A DNA stretch of 60,206 bases, filler included. It is 9 parts of 9 records of this genome, joined end to end, with 100 filler letters (N's around TTAATTAATTAA, not from the genome) between each part and the next. Parts side by side here need not be neighbours in the genome. Positions count along the whole stretch, not along the records: positions 20,458 to 25,827 come from SRR31147125_182257; positions 25,928 to 37,222 come from SRR31147125_182276; 7 more parts are not named here. The stretch is one strand, 5' to 3'. The notes beneath the pieces are model-generated. The model had not been told where the DNA came from. It saw nothing but the letters and a program-made list of their open reading frames with translations, and did no database searches. This document shows positions 20,554 through 29,076 of the stretch, in pieces (the first letter of the stretch is position 1; each line of letters starts with the position of its first letter). Made by a program: the position numbers and the translations under genes.

Positions 20554-22332
20554 TTACTCAAGAGGTAATTTCCAATAAATCGCAGAAGGATCATCTGCAA
20601 CAGTCGCATTTTCAAGATATATCGTGTTTTTGGTGCCGAAAATGTCGATGCAAGGCATAGTGATGTCAAAGTTATTTTCAAGGGTGGCACAACCCTCTTC
20701 ACTGTTCACACAGGCAGCAAGGCCCGATATATAGCCTTTGTCATATTCGTTTTTAAGTTCATCCTCAGTACATTCGCCATCACAGGTATCGCTGCTGCTG
20801 ATGCCGCATGCTTCCGGATTGTCTATGCAGTATTGCTTGCCCGCTTCAAATTGAGCATCGAGCTCTTCTTGAGGGCAGGTATCGTCATCAATCTCAACAC
20901 CGCAAGCACTCATGTTATAGCATGCGCCTTTCCACCACGCATTTCCCACCAATTCGCAGTCATATTCACAATTACACAGTTCCGGATGAGCTTCGCTACA
21001 GACCGGATTGTCGGCACTGCCCACATACTCGTAGGCACCGATATCCACAAAATCGTTGATGATGCGGTCGGTTCCCTCAAGATCCTTTGTTGAGATATCA
21101 TAAGCCAGATTATTTCCGGTATCAACACAGGGAGAGTCAGAATTTAAGTGGTAATCGTCATCATCCACAGAGACAAATGATGGATCTTCGTCAATATTTG
21201 CGTTCTCGTAACTCGCTGTTCCTGAAAGAACGCTAAAATTGTTGTTAAACAGTTTATCGATGGTCACGTCTGCGTAGATATCTTGATCACCAGAGCTGTT
21301 TTCATTTTCCTGAATAATATTATTAAAAACTCGTAGGGCACTTCCTTTGTTCGCAAGTACAAGTCCCCCACCGAGATCACTGTTAGTATAATTTTTTACA
21401 ATGGTGTTGTTGACAATATCATATACAGCAGCTTTGTCATTTAAGTCAATTCCACCACTCCCCCCTGCGTAATTATTGATGATCAGATTATTGCTGAGCG
21501 TGATGGTATCTGCATTGCCATATCTGCTGTATATAATGGCACCACCGCCCCAACCTCCGCAAGAATTGTTTGAGAAAATGTTGTGGGCCAGTGTAGCTGT
21601 CGCGGTCGCGTCATTAATTCTAAGCGCACCGCCATCTTCAGAAGAATAATTACCTGAAAAGGTATTTTTATCCAGAATGACCGAGCCTATTGAGTAAATG
21701 AACACCGCGCCACCTTCTTGGCTATATCTTCCGTCTGTCGTATTATTTGTGAATGTGTTTTTATTGAGAGTCACTGAAGTAATGTCATGAACGAATAGCG
21801 CACCGCCACCATGATTATATCCACCGGAATTGTTTGAAAAGGTGCTGTTGGTCAAAGTGAACTCATAAGCGTTACGAACTTCGATACCAGACCCGTCATT
21901 GTCTTTTACCTCCAGCTCATTCAGTTCTACATCTCCCTGGGTACTGATATAAAGCCCCCCTCCGTTATCTGTAACTGTTCCTCTTAGAAGGGTCAGCCGC
22001 TCTAAAGAGATATCAACGGACTGAGAAGAAGAATCGATATACAGTACACGTCCGACGCTCCCCCCATCCAGAATGACATCACCGGTTTCCAATTCGCCTT
22101 CGGGTTGAATGGTCAGAGTTTTAGATCCGCCGGTGGAGGTAGTCTGGTATGTAAAATTTCCGGAGTAGGTACCGGCGGCTAAATAAATGGTGGTGTCGTT
22201 GTTGCTTTCTTGTGCCTCGATCAAGGCATTCTGAAACTCATCTGCCGTGGATACGTTGGATGTGGCCGCATAGAGTAGAGAGGGTACAAAACAGACAATC
22301 AAGATAATCGATAGAAGGGTGCTTCTTTTCAT
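20554..22332 (-). CDS. Secreted right-handed beta-helix protein with choice-of-anchor-Q-like end and Cys-rich C-terminal tail
   Basis: Signal peptide MKRSTLLSIILIVCFVPSLLYA; repeated FxxN...GGA(L/V) motifs; DPSFV...DYHLNSDSPCVDTG...DIGAYEY; AAGGAG RBS. Confidence 0.82.
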   Translation of the reverse strand: MKRSTLLSIILIVCFVPSLLYAATSNVSTADEFQNALIEAQESNNDTTIYLAAGTYSGNFTYQTTSTGGSKTLTIQPEGELETGDVILDGGSVGRVLYIDSSSQSVDISLERLTLLRGTVTDNGGGLYISTQGDVELNELEVKDNDGSGIEVRNAYEFTLTNSTFSNNSGGYNHGGGALFVHDITSVTLNKNTFTNNTTDGRYSQEGGAVFIYSIGSVILDKNTFSGNYSSEDGGALRINDATATATLAHNIFSNNSCGGWGGGAIIYSRYGNADTITLSNNLIINNYAGGSGGIDLNDKAAVYDIVNNTIVKNYTNSDLGGGLVLANKGSALRVFNNIIQENENSSGDQDIYADVTIDKLFNNNFSVLSGTASYENANIDEDPSFVSVDDDDYHLNSDSPCVDTGNNLAYDISTKDLEGTDRIINDFVDIGAYEYVGSADNPVCSEAHPELCNCEYDCELVGNAWWKGACYNMSACGVEIDDDTCPQEELDAQFEAGKQYCIDNPEACGISSSDTCDGECTEDELKNEYDKGYISGLAACVNSEEGCATLENNFDITMPCIDIFGTKNTIYLENATVADDPSAIYWKLPLE

Positions 22333-22515
22333 ACTTCTTCTCCTTTGGTTCAAATTATAAATTTAATACAAAAACTACACGATTTGGCAATATAGAAGTA
22401 TTTAGGAGATGTCAAGATTTTTTATGATGGAAAAATCATAAAAATGGTCGACCACATGCAAAGTTGAAACAACGGCTTTGTTTCCCTGTGCATTCATGGT
22501 TATCGCCAAATGATA

Positions 22516-24276
22516 TCAATCATCATCGCTTGAAGCGCCGAAAATCTGCTCCATATACGACGCCTGGGACTCCATCTCTTGGATATAGCTATCCATGGCG
22601 ATATATTGGGCCGTCAGAGTGTCGTACCGTTTGTCCAAAAGAGCGGTATCGTTCTCGATCTCTTCCTCCAGTTTCTCGATTTTCGTCTGGACGGCGTCCC
22701 CTTCCGCAGTGAGCAGACCGTCGCTATCGGTGTAGCTCTTTATCTTTTCATACAACAAATCGCCGAATCCCTCTTCGCCGGTGTCGGAGTCTCCGGTGAA
22801 AAAGAGGATGACGTCTTCGGCATTTTCTTCAAGGGCCTCTTCGAGAACCGAGGTGTCAAGAGACAGCGTGCCGTCCTCTTCAACGGTCAACCCCAAATCG
22901 TAGAGACTGGTGATCTCCCCATCCGTGCTGACGGTCTGCTCCAGAAAATCAATGATGTCGTCATCGATACGGGTGATGGAGGTCTTGCCGAAAAGGATCC
23001 CCTTCTCCTCGGTGTCGGTATCGTAGCTGCTGTTTTCGTCAAGACTTTCCGTGAGCCCGTTGAGGGCGTCGATGATCTCCAGAAGCCGGGTTTCGATGAT
23101 CTCGTAATCGGGAGCCACGGAGATGGTGGAGCTGCCGGTCTCCAATAGATCGAGACCGATACCGTTGATCACATCCTCGATGTCGTCGTTTGATTGCCGT
23201 TGATAATCGATGCCGTCCACGGTAAATTGCGCATTGAGATTCTCTCCGTCCGCCCCGGTACTTTCAGTCAGTGCGATGCCCATTTGCGGTTTGTAGGTAT
23301 CGTCTTCGTCATCGAACCCCAAGGCCGATGCCGCGCTGCTGTCCCCCCATGAGATGCTCACTTCCTCAAGTGTCTCTCCACCGTCGCTTTCAGTGCCTTC
23401 GATGGAAAATGTCTCGGTATCGGAATTGTAAGTGACCGTGTAGTCGATGCCGTTTTCAGATGCGTCCTCCATGGCCGTCTCGATGGCGGCGGCCAGATCA
23501 TCCCCGCTGCTGTAGGAACCGTCGGCAATGGTGGCGGTGAGCGCTTCCCCCAACGTCCCGTCGCCGACCCGTTCCTGGAAAACAATCTCGTTGTTTCCCG
23601 ATGCTGCGGACATTTCAAGGGGTTCGGTTTCACTGATGGTGACGCTTTGATCGCTCTCCATGGCTGTGGAGAGCAGCTGGGTGTCGATGAAGATACGACT
23701 CTCTTCGCCGGAATCGTCGCTCTTCAGCACCAGCTTGTAAGGCTCGTCCCCGATTCCCGTATCCACTATGGATGCGGTGACACCGGGGTTGGCATCGTCT
23801 TCGTTGATGAGAGTGACAAGATCTTCCAGTGTGGTTCCCGCCTCCACGGTGAGGGAGACTTCGGTGCCGTCTTCTCCCAGGTGGTAGGAAAAGGACATGT
23901 CACCGGTGCTGACAATGGCCGTTTCAGACGATACCCCTTCCGAAATCCAGGTACTGTAGGTTGCCAGGGCCTCCACATTCACCGTATGGGTGACATCGTC
24001 GGCGTCGGCAACGGACTCGGCATCCACCGAACTTCCCGATGTGGTAATCTCGCTTTCCGTGAAGTTGGATCCCATGGAGAGATCCAAGGCGCTGGTTCGC
24101 ATGTTAAGAAGCGAAAGGCTGATTTCATCGATCTCCGAGCCCAACAACTCCAGCTCTTCAATTTCCTCTTCCTTGGCGTCGATGGGTTGCTGATCCACTT
24201 CACGAAGCTGTTCAAGAATACTCGAAATGTCAATACCGGATCCAATGCCGAGGGTTGATATACTGCCCGTACTCAT
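22516..24276 (-). CDS. fliD: Flagellar filament cap protein, highly acidic
   Basis: GSISTLGIGSGIDISSILEQL N-terminus; VTASIVDTG...YKLVLKS; NAQFTVDGIDYQRQSND; RYDTLTAQYIAMDSYIQEM C-terminus. Confidence 0.9.
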   Translation of the reverse strand: MSTGSISTLGIGSGIDISSILEQLREVDQQPIDAKEEEIEELELLGSEIDEISLSLLNMRTSALDLSMGSNFTESEITTSGSSVDAESVADADDVTHTVNVEALATYSTWISEGVSSETAIVSTGDMSFSYHLGEDGTEVSLTVEAGTTLEDLVTLINEDDANPGVTASIVDTGIGDEPYKLVLKSDDSGEESRIFIDTQLLSTAMESDQSVTISETEPLEMSAASGNNEIVFQERVGDGTLGEALTATIADGSYSSGDDLAAAIETAMEDASENGIDYTVTYNSDTETFSIEGTESDGGETLEEVSISWGDSSAASALGFDDEDDTYKPQMGIALTESTGADGENLNAQFTVDGIDYQRQSNDDIEDVINGIGLDLLETGSSTISVAPDYEIIETRLLEIIDALNGLTESLDENSSYDTDTEEKGILFGKTSITRIDDDIIDFLEQTVSTDGEITSLYDLGLTVEEDGTLSLDTSVLEEALEENAEDVILFFTGDSDTGEEGFGDLLYEKIKSYTDSDGLLTAEGDAVQTKIEKLEEEIENDTALLDKRYDTLTAQYIAMDSYIQEMESQASYMEQIFGASSDDD

Positions 24277-24294
24277 AACGTTTTTTCCTCTTTA

Positions 24295-25383
24295 TCACGA
24301 AGTCGTATTAATAGAATTTTGATGAGAATCAACTTTTTTAGAAAGGGGAGGCTCCATACAATAGGGGACGCTATTTCCCGAAAAGAGTTCCAAATTTTTA
24401 TCAATTGATTGTTTTGACGTTTGTTTTAATGCCAGTTTTGGTAATACATAGGCACTCCCCGGTCTGAATTTGAAGCTACTCGGAAATATCGAATACCTGC
24501 TTTGCAACTGTTCCCAAGACGTTTTCATCTTGAAATGCCTTTGGCGAAGGTTCATGTTGTAGTTCATCAAATGGGTGGAGAGGCTGTCCATGTAAGGCCA
24601 TGGGGAAGGAATTCTCGTGAAGGAAATAGATCGAAGATGTTGAAAAGTCCTCTGTTGATACTGTGCCAAAGGGTAGAATTCCAGATCTTTTTTCCGGCAA
24701 TACGATTCAACACCGTTTAGGAGATTTACCGGATCGATTTGGTTTTTATTGCTCTGATCAATCGACTCCTGACTAAATTCAATCATTGAAGGAAGTAGAA
24801 TTCCCAATGCGTTTACCGGAAGCAAAGATATCGCTTTTTCAAGAAACGACACGGTATCTTCAGTGATACATGAAGGGATTATTTCCGCATAACACCACCT
24901 TGAGGAGCAATCCAGAAGGGTATGCAAAAAACATGGGGCTTCCCACTCCAAAGCCATGGGTAACCGAATCATCGTGTGATAGAGATAAGCCCCTCGATGA
25001 TTTTTTAGATCGCCATCCATGTATTTGTCCAATCGCTCCAAACGTGAGATCCGATATTTGTTCAGACAACGATTCAATGTAGATCTGGAACACTGTTGTT
25101 CTAGGGTTGACCGGACGACGTACAACAGGTCATCGAGACCCAATTGGAGGGTCAGACGCAGTAGAACTGCGATGATTTCCTGATCCTGAGTCAATGCCTT
25201 TGATATTTTTTTTGGAGTATGGGATCCATCATACACCGAGTCTCTTTTTTTCCACTTTCGAATTGTGGTTTCACTGACCCCTAATTTTTGTGCAAGTTCA
25301 GCCACCTTTACATGGGGATTCTGTTGGATGAATTGTCTTTGGGCCGGGGTCGTGGTGGCATTTTTATGAAGATGTATTTGCAT
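24295..25383 (-). CDS. IS481-family transposase-derived protein with conserved HTH and apparently lost DDE catalytic residues
   Basis: N-terminus MQIHLHKNATTTPAQR...VSETTIRKWKKRDSVYDGSHTP...LGLDDLL...SRSTLNRCL is IS481-like. In the core, YLYHTMIRLP, ILLPSMIEF and RTFQHLRS replace the recalled motifs YLHxDvKYLP, ILTDNGxEF and QTNGMVER. Confidence 0.8.
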   Translation of the reverse strand: MQIHLHKNATTTPAQRQFIQQNPHVKVAELAQKLGVSETTIRKWKKRDSVYDGSHTPKKISKALTQDQEIIAVLLRLTLQLGLDDLLYVVRSTLEQQCSRSTLNRCLNKYRISRLERLDKYMDGDLKNHRGAYLYHTMIRLPMALEWEAPCFLHTLLDCSSRWCYAEIIPSCITEDTVSFLEKAISLLPVNALGILLPSMIEFSQESIDQSNKNQIDPVNLLNGVESYCRKKDLEFYPLAQYQQRTFQHLRSISFTRIPSPWPYMDSLSTHLMNYNMNLRQRHFKMKTSWEQLQSRYSIFPSSFKFRPGSAYVLPKLALKQTSKQSIDKNLELFSGNSVPYCMEPPLSKKVDSHQNSINTTS

Positions 25384-25698
25384 TGATCGTATTTTCCCAT
25401 GAAGTTGTCGTTCCGTTAAATGCGCTGTTTTTTTGATGGCGCATGCGTATCTGTTTCTTCCCCGGAATGAGACCAAGAAGTGTGCCCTTGTTTTATTTCC
25501 TGACATAACAACTGAAAAAATTTTGTTGAATGAATCGTTGTATCAAGAAAGAAAACTTCATCAATTCAAACTATTACGACAATTTCATTTTTCATAAAAT
25601 TTATTGAACAAAATTATGGAGAAGCATCATGTTTGAGCGGGGAGCCTGTACTTTATAAAGGTGAATAGAGAGTGATTTCGACAATAATGATCCTCGAT

Positions 25699-25714
25699 TC
25701 GACATTTATGTCGA
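25699..25714. promoter_or_regulatory. Palindrome upstream of the IS481-derived gene, candidate regulator site
   Basis: TCGACAT-TT-ATGTCGA, with an extra TTCGACA half-site at ~25677. Confidence 0.4.
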
Positions 25715-25827
25715 GCATACAGGGGGGAGTGAGATTTTAAATCATCCATTGGGGAGAAGATACGGCGAGCTTTTCAAACATAAGGAATCGGTTTTAATTA
25801 GGGATTCAGCAGCTTTTGATTTACCAC

Positions 25828-25927
25828 NNNNNNNNNNNNNNNNNNNNNNNNNNNNNNNNNNNNNNNNNNNNTTAATTAATTAANNNNNNNNNNNNNNNNN
25901 NNNNNNNNNNNNNNNNNNNNNNNNNNN
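25828..25927. other. Artificial contig spacer
   Basis: N-run with central TTAATTAATTAA. Confidence 0.99.
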
Positions 25928-26000
25928 GGACAGAATGATTTTCGCACAAAACGCGAAGAAAATTCAGTCCCCTGGTCTTCCGGTCTAACAGAACCACTTC

Positions 26001-27461
26001 CTAAACAAGGCCAACCTCACGGTTGAACGCCGAGATCAATTCATCTATCCGGTCCACCTGGTTAAAGGTATTTCCCCAATAGTTGTCATGATCGTACCAT
26101 TGCGCGTTCAACTCTTCCACATCCTTGGCCTGCTGCTCGATCCAGGTGTAATACTTGAGGTTATGGACCGCCTTGCGGTCGTAATAGCCGAGTTCCTTCA
26201 TATTGTCTATACCGATTGAGCTCAGCAGTTGGAGATCACGCCAGGTATCGGTCTCTGTGTAGACGCCCCGCTCCTCCGTCAACTCCTCAAGTCTCGACCC
26301 GTAGAGCTGCATTGAGTCGGTTGCGATACTGACAACATAGTCATCTTCGGTGAGTTCGTTGTATTTGGCGAACTTGATGGCAGCAATCATATTGCCCACC
26401 CCGGAAATCCCGAGCAGGTCGAGTATAGACACGAGGTCGCCATCCACACCGTTCGCCACCAGGGCCTCGCGTCCAACCTCTTCGTTGAAAAGCCGCAGTA
26501 GCCGCATCGGCACCTCATCGTCGACCGCGGCGACGAAGTCCGTGTCTTTACAGTCATGCACCCACGGCACATGCTTGTCGCCGATCCCCTCGATCCGGTG
26601 ACCACCGAACCCGTTCTGGAGCAGGGTGGGGCACTGGAGTGCCTCCGCCGCGGTGATTTTCGAGTAGGGAAAGATCTTCTTGAGATACGAACCTGCCGCG
26701 AGGGTGCCGCCGGAGCCCGAGGAGGAGACGTAACCTGCAAACCGTTTACCCGGCGTCAGGTACTGTTTCAACACCTCCTCGATGGCGTGCCCGGTGACCG
26801 TATAATGCCACAGCGGGTTGCCGAGCTCGTCGAACTGGTTGAATATTTGCAAGTCCTCTCCCGAATTTCTCAGCTCCCAGCATTTATCGAAGATCTCCTT
26901 GACATTCGATTCGCATCCGGGCGTCGCGATGACCTGCCCTGCGATCCTGTTGAGCCACTCGAAGCGTTCCTGTGACATCTCTTCAGGCAGAATGGCGATG
27001 GCGTTGCTAGCCAGCAGAGCCGAGATGTAGGCCCCGCCCCTGCAGTAATTCCCGGTAGAGGGCCAGACGGCCTTCGTCGCCTGGGGATCGAACTGCCCGG
27101 TGACCAGGCGGGGGGCCAGGCAGCCGTATGTGGCGCCGACCTTGTGTGCACCCGTCGGAAACCAGCGCCCGGACATCATGATGATCGACGCCCGGCACCC
27201 GGTCAGCTCGGGGGGCAGAACAAAATGATTCGGGCTCCCGAAGAGACCGCCGCTGTCCTTCTGCTCGTTGCTCCAGGATATCCTGAAAAGATTGGCGGAG
27301 TTGAGATCCCACAGCCCCACATCTCCCAGCTGATCTATAATGGCAGACGGTATATCCTCCGTCCCCTTCATCATGGCAAAAGTCGGAAGCGAGATTTTCT
27401 TTTCCCGGCAATAGGCAATATTCTTTTCCAGGATTTCCTGGTTTACTGTCAGGTCGATCAT
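26001..27461 (-). CDS. PLP-dependent fold-type II enzyme (cysteine synthase-like), substrate unknown
   Basis: PTGAHKVG (PLP Lys), STGNY, SGSGGT, HRIEGIG; GAGG RBS before ATG 27461. Confidence 0.85.
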   Translation of the reverse strand: MIDLTVNQEILEKNIAYCREKKISLPTFAMMKGTEDIPSAIIDQLGDVGLWDLNSANLFRISWSNEQKDSGGLFGSPNHFVLPPELTGCRASIIMMSGRWFPTGAHKVGATYGCLAPRLVTGQFDPQATKAVWPSTGNYCRGGAYISALLASNAIAILPEEMSQERFEWLNRIAGQVIATPGCESNVKEIFDKCWELRNSGEDLQIFNQFDELGNPLWHYTVTGHAIEEVLKQYLTPGKRFAGYVSSSGSGGTLAAGSYLKKIFPYSKITAAEALQCPTLLQNGFGGHRIEGIGDKHVPWVHDCKDTDFVAAVDDEVPMRLLRLFNEEVGREALVANGVDGDLVSILDLLGISGVGNMIAAIKFAKYNELTEDDYVVSIATDSMQLYGSRLEELTEERGVYTETDTWRDLQLLSSIGIDNMKELGYYDRKAVHNLKYYTWIEQQAKDVEELNAQWYDHDNYWGNTFNQVDRIDELISAFNREVGLV

Positions 27462-27585
27462 AGGTACCTCATGCACTGTCTTTAAGACAGGTAATAATCT
27501 GAAGTTGAAATAAAATATTATTCAAAACAATGGTGTGACCGAACAGCGGGAAACGCTCCCGGTCGTAACCGGTTCCACCAGCCTG

Positions 27586-28989
27586 CTATTCTCCCTTGTG
27601 ACCGCTCATGCCCCCCGAGATCTCCTCCGTCTGCTCTTCTTCGACGTCTTCCGGCAGCGCAAGATTGAGGCTGATCGCGATGAATGCGGCAGGCAGCAGT
27701 CCCGATGACAGCAGCACCTTCGCGGTACTCGGGAGATGCTGCAGGGCGCCCGGCTCGAGCTGGAGCCCCAGGCCTATCGAGATGGAAATCGCGAAGATCA
27801 CCATATTCCGGCGGTTCCAGTTCACGTCGGAGAGCATCGAAACGCCTGCCGCGACGACCATGCCGAACATGACGATAACACCGCCGCCCAGCACTTCTAT
27901 CGGGATCGTGGAGATGATCGCGCCGACTTTCGGGATCAGGCCGCAGATGATCAGGAAAACCGCACCGATGGTTACGACCATCCGGCTCATCACACCAGTC
28001 ATCGCGATCAGGCCGACATTCTGGGAAAAGGAGGTGTTGGGCAGGGAGCCGAAGACACCGGCGATAGCGGTTCCGACACCATCGGCCCAGGTTGCACCGG
28101 AGATCTCTTCCGCCGTCGCTTCACGACCGGCACCACCCCGGGTGATACCGGTCACGTCGCCGACCGTTTCAATGGCCGAAATAAAGGCCATCAGACAGAA
28201 CCCGATCACCGCCGCAAGACTGAACTCGAAGCCGAAATGAAAGGGGTTCGGCAGTGCGAAGGAGGCCGCGGAGCCGACCTTGGCAAAACTCACCATGCCC
28301 ATGAAATAGGCGACGACATAGCCGACGATGAGGCCGATGAGCACCGCCGCCACCGAGAGCATACCGCGAGCGAAAAATTTAAACCCGAGCGTGGTGACAA
28401 TCACCACCAGCGCGACGAACCAGTTCTTCATGCTGCCGTATTCAGGCGTGCCGATCGCAGGAACACCGCCGGCCGCATACTGAATACCGACCTTGACCAG
28501 GGCCAGGCCGATCATCGTCACAACGAGCCCGGTTACCAGCGGCGGCAATGCGAATCGTATTTTCCCGATTCCGGTCGCCAGCAGCGAGTGAAAGATACCG
28601 CCGATAATCACGCCCCCCATCAGGGCCGCCATTGCGTCAACACCTTTCCCGGCAACCAGCGGTATCATGATCGGGATGAACGCAAAACTGGTTCCCTGCA
28701 CGATTGGTAACCGCGCACCGACCGGCCCGAAACCGATCGTCTGCAGCAGCGTAGCCACACCGGCAAAAAGGATCGCCATTTGAATCATGTAGATCAGGTT
28801 GGGAAAATCCGGGGAATTTGAGCCGAAGCCAAAGCCGGCGGCCCCCGCGATAATGATTGCCGGCGTCACGTTCGAAACAAACATGGCCAGCACGTGCTGA
28901 ATCCCGAGCGGGATCGCCGTGGCCAACGGCGGCGTATAATTGGGGTCTTTGAGCTGTTCGGGAGTACCGATCTTCACGTTGGTTGTCAT
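27586..28989 (-). CDS. NCS2 uracil/xanthine/urate permease
   Basis: LGIQHVLAMF, LPIVQGTSFAF, ETVGD, NTSFSQNVGLIAMTGVMSR (NAT signature). Confidence 0.93.
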   Translation of the reverse strand: MTTNVKIGTPEQLKDPNYTPPLATAIPLGIQHVLAMFVSNVTPAIIIAGAAGFGFGSNSPDFPNLIYMIQMAILFAGVATLLQTIGFGPVGARLPIVQGTSFAFIPIMIPLVAGKGVDAMAALMGGVIIGGIFHSLLATGIGKIRFALPPLVTGLVVTMIGLALVKVGIQYAAGGVPAIGTPEYGSMKNWFVALVVIVTTLGFKFFARGMLSVAAVLIGLIVGYVVAYFMGMVSFAKVGSAASFALPNPFHFGFEFSLAAVIGFCLMAFISAIETVGDVTGITRGGAGREATAEEISGATWADGVGTAIAGVFGSLPNTSFSQNVGLIAMTGVMSRMVVTIGAVFLIICGLIPKVGAIISTIPIEVLGGGVIVMFGMVVAAGVSMLSDVNWNRRNMVIFAISISIGLGLQLEPGALQHLPSTAKVLLSSGLLPAAFIAISLNLALPEDVEEEQTEEISGGMSGHKGE

Positions 28990-29076
28990 ATCGTTTCCTT
29001 AATAATGATCGTTAGTTCTGATAGGGACCACAGGGCGTCCCTTCCTCTCCATGCTAAAAAAGTGCTCTTCAGGGCA

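Noticed and set aside
24295-25506. Active IS481 insertion sequence
   Set aside because: Catalytic residues appear absent and I found no terminal inverted repeats or target duplication; kept instead as a domestication candidate.
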